IMG/VR virus record: IMGVR_UViG_3300020037_001229
Origin: an uncultured virus (IMG/VR IMGVR_UViG_3300020037_001229)
Lineage: Duplodnaviria > Heunggongvirae > Uroviricota > Caudoviricetes
Strand: one strand, 5' to 3'
Length of the DNA stretch: 20,000 bases
The notes under the pieces were generated by a model that was given only the letters and a program-made list of their open reading frames with translations, did no database searches and was not told where the DNA came from. The translations under genes and the position numbers were made by a program. Within the stretch, counting starts at the first letter, position 1, and every line of letters begins with the position of its first letter. Below are positions 15,795 to 20,000 of this stretch, piece after piece.

Positions 15795-16508
15795 ATGGGC
15801 AGTACTTATTTAGATTTAACAAACAGAGTTCTTCGTAGAATAAACGAAGTGACTATTGACTCTACCGAATTTGATACTGTTCGTGGCATTCAAGCCGCTG
15901 CCAAGGATGCTATCATTGACACTATTAGGGAAATCAACTCTCAAAAGTTTGAATGGCCTTTTAACTCTCAGGTGGGCTCTCAAACTCTTGTTGTTGGACA
16001 AGAGGAATACTCTTGGCCTTCTAATTTCAAGATTGTTGATTGGGAATCTTTCTATATTGAGAACGACGGTGTACTCTCTACAAGAACTACAAAGTTAAAG
16101 ACTATAAACAAAGACGAATGGTACCATATGGCGATGCCATACGACTTAGATAGTGGTTCTACAGGAATTTCTATTCCCATGTTTGTCTTTGAAACTAACA
16201 GTGGTGGGTTTGGCGTTACACCGTCCCCTGATAAAGCTTATTCTTTAAAGTACAGGTATTGGTCAGTCCCGACTGATCTATCCGACTACGATAGCGAAAC
16301 GGATATCCCAACTACCTTTGACTACGTTATTATGTATGGTGCCTTAATGCATATGTTTATGTTCCTTGATAACGATGAGAGAGCAAACAAATTCGAACAA
16401 AACTTTAAGAAAAGTTTAGCTGATATGTCATTCATTCTTATCCCTAAAGATAAATACATGATTGATACGAGGACAAGTCACAATGCCCAACAGAACACAG
16501 TCATTTAA
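15795..16508 (+). CDS. head-tail adaptor (tail tubular protein A-like)
   Basis: 237 aa; N-terminal TYLDLTNRVLRRINEV, EWPF, PSPDKAY, DIPTTFDYVI motifs; position before the nozzle gene. Confidence 0.8.
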   Translation: MGSTYLDLTNRVLRRINEVTIDSTEFDTVRGIQAAAKDAIIDTIREINSQKFEWPFNSQVGSQTLVVGQEEYSWPSNFKIVDWESFYIENDGVLSTRTTKLKTINKDEWYHMAMPYDLDSGSTGISIPMFVFETNSGGFGVTPSPDKAYSLKYRYWSVPTDLSDYDSETDIPTTFDYVIMYGALMHMFMFLDNDERANKFEQNFKKSLADMSFILIPKDKYMIDTRTSHNAQQNTVI

Positions 16509-18114
16509 AGTTGTTTGCCAAGGTGGGCTTAACACAAACGACAATAACCTTTATCTGTCTGACCACCTTCCTGGGACGGCGACCCGTCTAATTAACTATG
16601 AAACGGCCCTTTCTGGCGGTTACAGAAGAATCTCTGGTTATCGGTATTACGATGAGACTTACACAGAGGTTTCTCCTTCGACTGCCGAAGGTCCTGTTTT
16701 AGGTGTCTGGATTTTTCAGAACACTACAACAAACGACGCTGAGATTATCGCTGCCAGAAAGAATCAGTCTGGTGCTACGTATTCGTTTTTTAAACTAACG
16801 ATCAGTGGGTGGACAGCCTACACTACTGGTATTACACATAACACATCAAGCGGTGGTTTTGCGACTGTATCTCGCGTCAGAGCAGAGCTATTCAACTTTG
16901 GTGGAACTAACATGATTGGTTTCGTTGATGGTGTTAACAGTCTAGTAATTTATGATGGGACTAACTGGTTCGAGTGCTCTTCGTCCAATACCGGTGGCTC
17001 TGGCTCTCCTGGTGGAAACCAAATTCTTGATAAGCCTTCAGTAATCACTTCTTTCAAAAACCATCTATTTGTCTCTGGGGACGAAAATACACCTTCAGTT
17101 GTCTCTTACTGCGCTCCTTCTGATGCTTTAACTTGGACAGCCGCTGCTGGCGCTGGTCAAATTGTTTGTAGTGAAGAAGTCGTTGCGATGAAACCCTTCC
17201 GTGATGAAAACTTTGTATTTAGTAAAAGATACATTAAGAAAATTATTCCTGATGTAACGGCGGGCTTTCTTATTAATGATGTTACCGCTAACTTGGGTAT
17301 TATCGCCAAAGATTCTCTTTTAGAGGTTGGTGGAAATCTAATCTTCCTAGCGTCTGATGGTATCCGTCCTATCGCAGGTACCGATAGACAAAATGACGTT
17401 GAACTGTCTCTTCTTTCTCCAAACATTCAGTATACAGTAGACAACTTCTTTGCTAACTACGACATGGAAGACCTCGTTGGTGTTGTTATTAGAAATAAGA
17501 CTCAATTCAGGTACTTTTTGTCTGGGGATTCTGACGCCACTGAGACTGCTTATGGCATTATGGGCAACTATAGGTTAAACAGCACTAATACTCAAAAGTG
17601 GGAGTTTGCTGAGCTGGTTGGCATACATGCTAATTGTGCATTCTCCGGTTTTATTGATGGAAGAGAATATGTACTACACGGAGACTACGAAGGTTTTGTG
17701 TTTAGACAAGAAATAGGCAACACCTTTAACGGAACAGACGTATTAGCAACGTACACAACGCCTTACTTGGACTTAGGCGACACTGAAATAAGAAAGCTTC
17801 TTAGAACACTAAATACTTTCATCAGAGCCGAAGGTAGTGTTACTTTCAACATTTCTCTAAGATTTGATTGGGGTGATGAATATGTTTTGAACCCTCCGAA
17901 CTTTGCTGGCCAGACGCTAACAGGACCAGTAGTCTACGGAGCAGAAGTTGAATACGACGATGGTTCACTCTATGGTGGTATTTCTCGAAACTTCTTAAAG
18001 ACAAATGTTCAAGGTTCTTGTTTTTCAGTTCAGTTTTCTTATGTTACGGAAGGTGGAGCGCCTTTTACAATTCAAGGTTTTGTTTTAGAATTCTCAGGAA
18101 AAGGACGTGAATAA
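16483..18114 (+). CDS. tail nozzle/stabilisation protein (tail tubular protein B-like)
   Basis: ATG 16483 with GAGGA RBS; N-terminal GGLNT, GGYRRISGY; beta-propeller-like sequence; YTTPYLDLGD...RK motif. Confidence 0.8.
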   Translation: MPNRTQSFKVVCQGGLNTNDNNLYLSDHLPGTATRLINYETALSGGYRRISGYRYYDETYTEVSPSTAEGPVLGVWIFQNTTTNDAEIIAARKNQSGATYSFFKLTISGWTAYTTGITHNTSSGGFATVSRVRAELFNFGGTNMIGFVDGVNSLVIYDGTNWFECSSSNTGGSGSPGGNQILDKPSVITSFKNHLFVSGDENTPSVVSYCAPSDALTWTAAAGAGQIVCSEEVVAMKPFRDENFVFSKRYIKKIIPDVTAGFLINDVTANLGIIAKDSLLEVGGNLIFLASDGIRPIAGTDRQNDVELSLLSPNIQYTVDNFFANYDMEDLVGVVIRNKTQFRYFLSGDSDATETAYGIMGNYRLNSTNTQKWEFAELVGIHANCAFSGFIDGREYVLHGDYEGFVFRQEIGNTFNGTDVLATYTTPYLDLGDTEIRKLLRTLNTFIRAEGSVTFNISLRFDWGDEYVLNPPNFAGQTLTGPVVYGAEVEYDDGSLYGGISRNFLKTNVQGSCFSVQFSYVTEGGAPFTIQGFVLEFSGKGRE

Positions 18115-19670
18115 TGGCGGGTTATGTTAGACAGTCTATCGCTGATATCCAAGCGGGTGAAGATATTCTCGCCGCACCACTCAACGCTGAGTTCAATGCT
18201 ATTCGTGATGCCTTCCACGGCTCTACAGGGCACGAACATGATGGCACCACAGGTAATGGCCCTAAAATTGACCTAACCGCTTCTATTTCTGGTGTGTTAC
18301 CTGTAGCTAATGGGGGCATAGCAGCTATTCATAAACTTAATGCTACTTCTGCACCGACTACTGGTGATGACAGTGGAGATGGTTATGGTGTAGGTTCTCT
18401 TTGGATTGACACTACAAACGACAAGTTTTATATCTGTGTAGACGCAAGTCTTGGTGCAGCCGCTTGGAATGAGTACCAAGCAAAAAGCTCTAACTTGGAT
18501 GAGTATGCTGCGGTAAATCCAACTTCCGCTGGCCTTGCCCTCTTAGACGATGCTGACGCATCCGCACAGAGAACTACTTTAGGATTAGCAATCGGAACTA
18601 ACGTACAGGCTTATGATGCTGGATTGCAGTCGATTTCTGGTTTAACGACAGCTTCAGACAAAACTATTTATACCACAGGATCAGATACTTACGCAACAAC
18701 TGATCTGACTTCTTTTGGTAGGTCGTTAATTGACGACGCTGACGCATCTGCTGCTAGAACCACTCTCGGTGTAGCGATCGGTACAGATGTTCAAGCTTAC
18801 AGCGCCAACCTTGATGAATACGCCGCAGTAAATCCTACTACGGCAGGTTTAGCACTCTTGGATGACGCTGATGCGTCCGCCCAAAGAACAACACTCGGTT
18901 TGGCTATTGGTACCAACGTACAAGCGTATGATGCTGGTCTAGCTTCTATTGCTGGCTTAACTACTTCAGCCGACAAGATGATCTACACGTCAGGCTCTGA
19001 CACCTATGTGGTCACCGGACTAACTTCTTTTGGTAGATCACTCGTGGATGACGCTGATGCTTCTACTGCGAGAACGACGTTAGGTCTTACCATCGGGACT
19101 AATGTTCAAGCGTATGATGCAGGATTAGCATCTATCGCAGGGCTAACTACCTCTGCCGATAAGATGATTTATACGTCTGGCTCTGATACTTACGCAGTTA
19201 CTAGTTTGACCTCATTTGGTAGGTCTCTGATAGATGATGCAGACGCTTCTGCTGGTAGGACAACACTCGAAATAACTGCCGCTTCTTTTACAGAATTCAA
19301 TTCATCCACTTCAGACAGATACATAAAAAACGATAGCGTATGGGGAGACTTAGCTGTTTTAACGGACGGGGCTTCTATTGCTGTAAATTTTAATAATGGT
19401 TATGACTTTGGCGGCTCTTCTAGTAGTGCCTTGGCTTTAGGCGGTAATCGTGCCTTAGCTGCCCCAACAAATGCCAGAAATGGGAAAAAGGGTATTCTTT
19501 GGTTCACTGCGAGTAGCTCTACCAGAACACTGACGTTAGACGCTGCATGGAATTTAATTACTGGCGTTGAGGCTGGTCCCTATTCCATAACTACCTCACA
19601 GACACTTGGTGTTGCTTATGTGTGTCGTGGGACGACTGTTTATGTAACCGGAATTTTAAGGATTGGTTAA
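18114..19670 (+). CDS. tail fibre protein
   Basis: 518 aa; N-terminal anchor MAGYVRQ...LNAEFN...GHEHDGT, PTTGDDSGDGYGVGSLW motif, internal shaft repeats, distinct C-terminal domain. Confidence 0.88.
   Translation: MAGYVRQSIADIQAGEDILAAPLNAEFNAIRDAFHGSTGHEHDGTTGNGPKIDLTASISGVLPVANGGIAAIHKLNATSAPTTGDDSGDGYGVGSLWIDTTNDKFYICVDASLGAAAWNEYQAKSSNLDEYAAVNPTSAGLALLDDADASAQRTTLGLAIGTNVQAYDAGLQSISGLTTASDKTIYTTGSDTYATTDLTSFGRSLIDDADASAARTTLGVAIGTDVQAYSANLDEYAAVNPTTAGLALLDDADASAQRTTLGLAIGTNVQAYDAGLASIAGLTTSADKMIYTSGSDTYVVTGLTSFGRSLVDDADASTARTTLGLTIGTNVQAYDAGLASIAGLTTSADKMIYTSGSDTYAVTSLTSFGRSLIDDADASAGRTTLEITAASFTEFNSSTSDRYIKNDSVWGDLAVLTDGASIAVNFNNGYDFGGSSSSALALGGNRALAAPTNARNGKKGILWFTASSSTRTLTLDAAWNLITGVEAGPYSITTSQTLGVAYVCRGTTVYVTGILRIG
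18492..19270 (+). repeat. tail-fibre shaft repeats in order A-B-A-B-B
   Basis: A = NLDEYAAVNPTxAGLALL, B = DAGLxSIxGLTTxxDKxIYTxGSDTYxxTxLTSFGRSLx; each is followed by DDADASxxRTTL (5 copies), four of them continuing GxxIGTxVQAY. Confidence 0.92.
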
Positions 19671-20000
19671 TGTCTAAAATTGTTACCTTTCAAGAAGAAA
19701 ACATCTGGAAAAGATTTCCAGGTACCAGTCGTTTAACGCCTAGATTAATTGTGCAGTATGTCCAACAAGGTATTTGGTCGGACAGTGATTTAGAAAAAGA
19801 AGGCTTAAAAATTGCAGACTCTTTCGATACCCCCGAAGGAAAAGTTAGAGTAGGAGTAGAGTACTTTAATGAAGACGGTACCCAACAACTTTTTAACACA
19901 GAGGACGCTGTATCAATTCCTCCGTCAGTTATTACACCACTACAAGCCAGAAAAGCATTGAGAGCTTCTGATCTGTACACGCAAGTTACAAAATACATAC
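19670..20000 (+). CDS. partial ORF, putative tail-fibre-associated protein (runs off the window)
   Basis: ATG 19670 overlaps the fibre stop (TAATG); open to the window end: MSKIVTFQEENIWKRF...SVITPLQARKALRASDLYTQV; absent from the ORF track because there is no stop. Confidence 0.75.
   Translation, partial: MSKIVTFQEENIWKRFPGTSRLTPRLIVQYVQQGIWSDSDLEKEGLKIADSFDTPEGKVRVGVEYFNEDGTQQLFNTEDAVSIPPSVITPLQARKALRASDLYTQVTKYI

Noticed and set aside
18492..19270. Nucleotide repeats as a CRISPR array or DGR template/variable pair
   Set aside because: Repeats are in-frame protein repeats with third-position divergence, not adenine-specific; no spacers and no reverse transcriptase in the window
19690..19998. 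102-aa minus-strand ORF
   Set aside because: Shadow of the + strand ORF starting at 19670, which is translationally coupled to the fibre gene

Overview
Left arm of a short-tailed (podovirus-type) dsDNA phage genome. It is a single + strand morphogenesis operon: terS, a small basic ORF, terL, portal, a small ORF, a 1210-aa Gly/Ser-rich virion protein with two predicted peptidoglycan-hydrolase domains, scaffold, major capsid protein (MCP), a capsid decoration-like protein, accessory fibre genes, head-tail adaptor, tail nozzle, tail fibre and the start of a tail-associated ORF. Gene order and protein motifs recall SIO1/Cobavirus-like (Zobellviridae-like) phages of Alphaproteobacteria; this is from recall, not from a search. 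Two mobile elements sit in essential genes: a LAGLIDADG intein in terL (2172-3125) and a group IA2 intron with an EndoVII-type HNH endonuclease in the 3' end of the MCP gene (12005-12740). The most unusual observation is that the first 54 nt of the intron are an in-frame, synonymously recoded copy of MCP exon 2 (KILRSESLVRAIYNINS* vs KILRPETLVRAIYNINV*) that also folds into the P1 extension. Spliced and unspliced mRNAs would therefore both encode a complete 347-aa capsid protein. A GC-rich foreign module (~13890-15500) is fused into a fibre-like gene.
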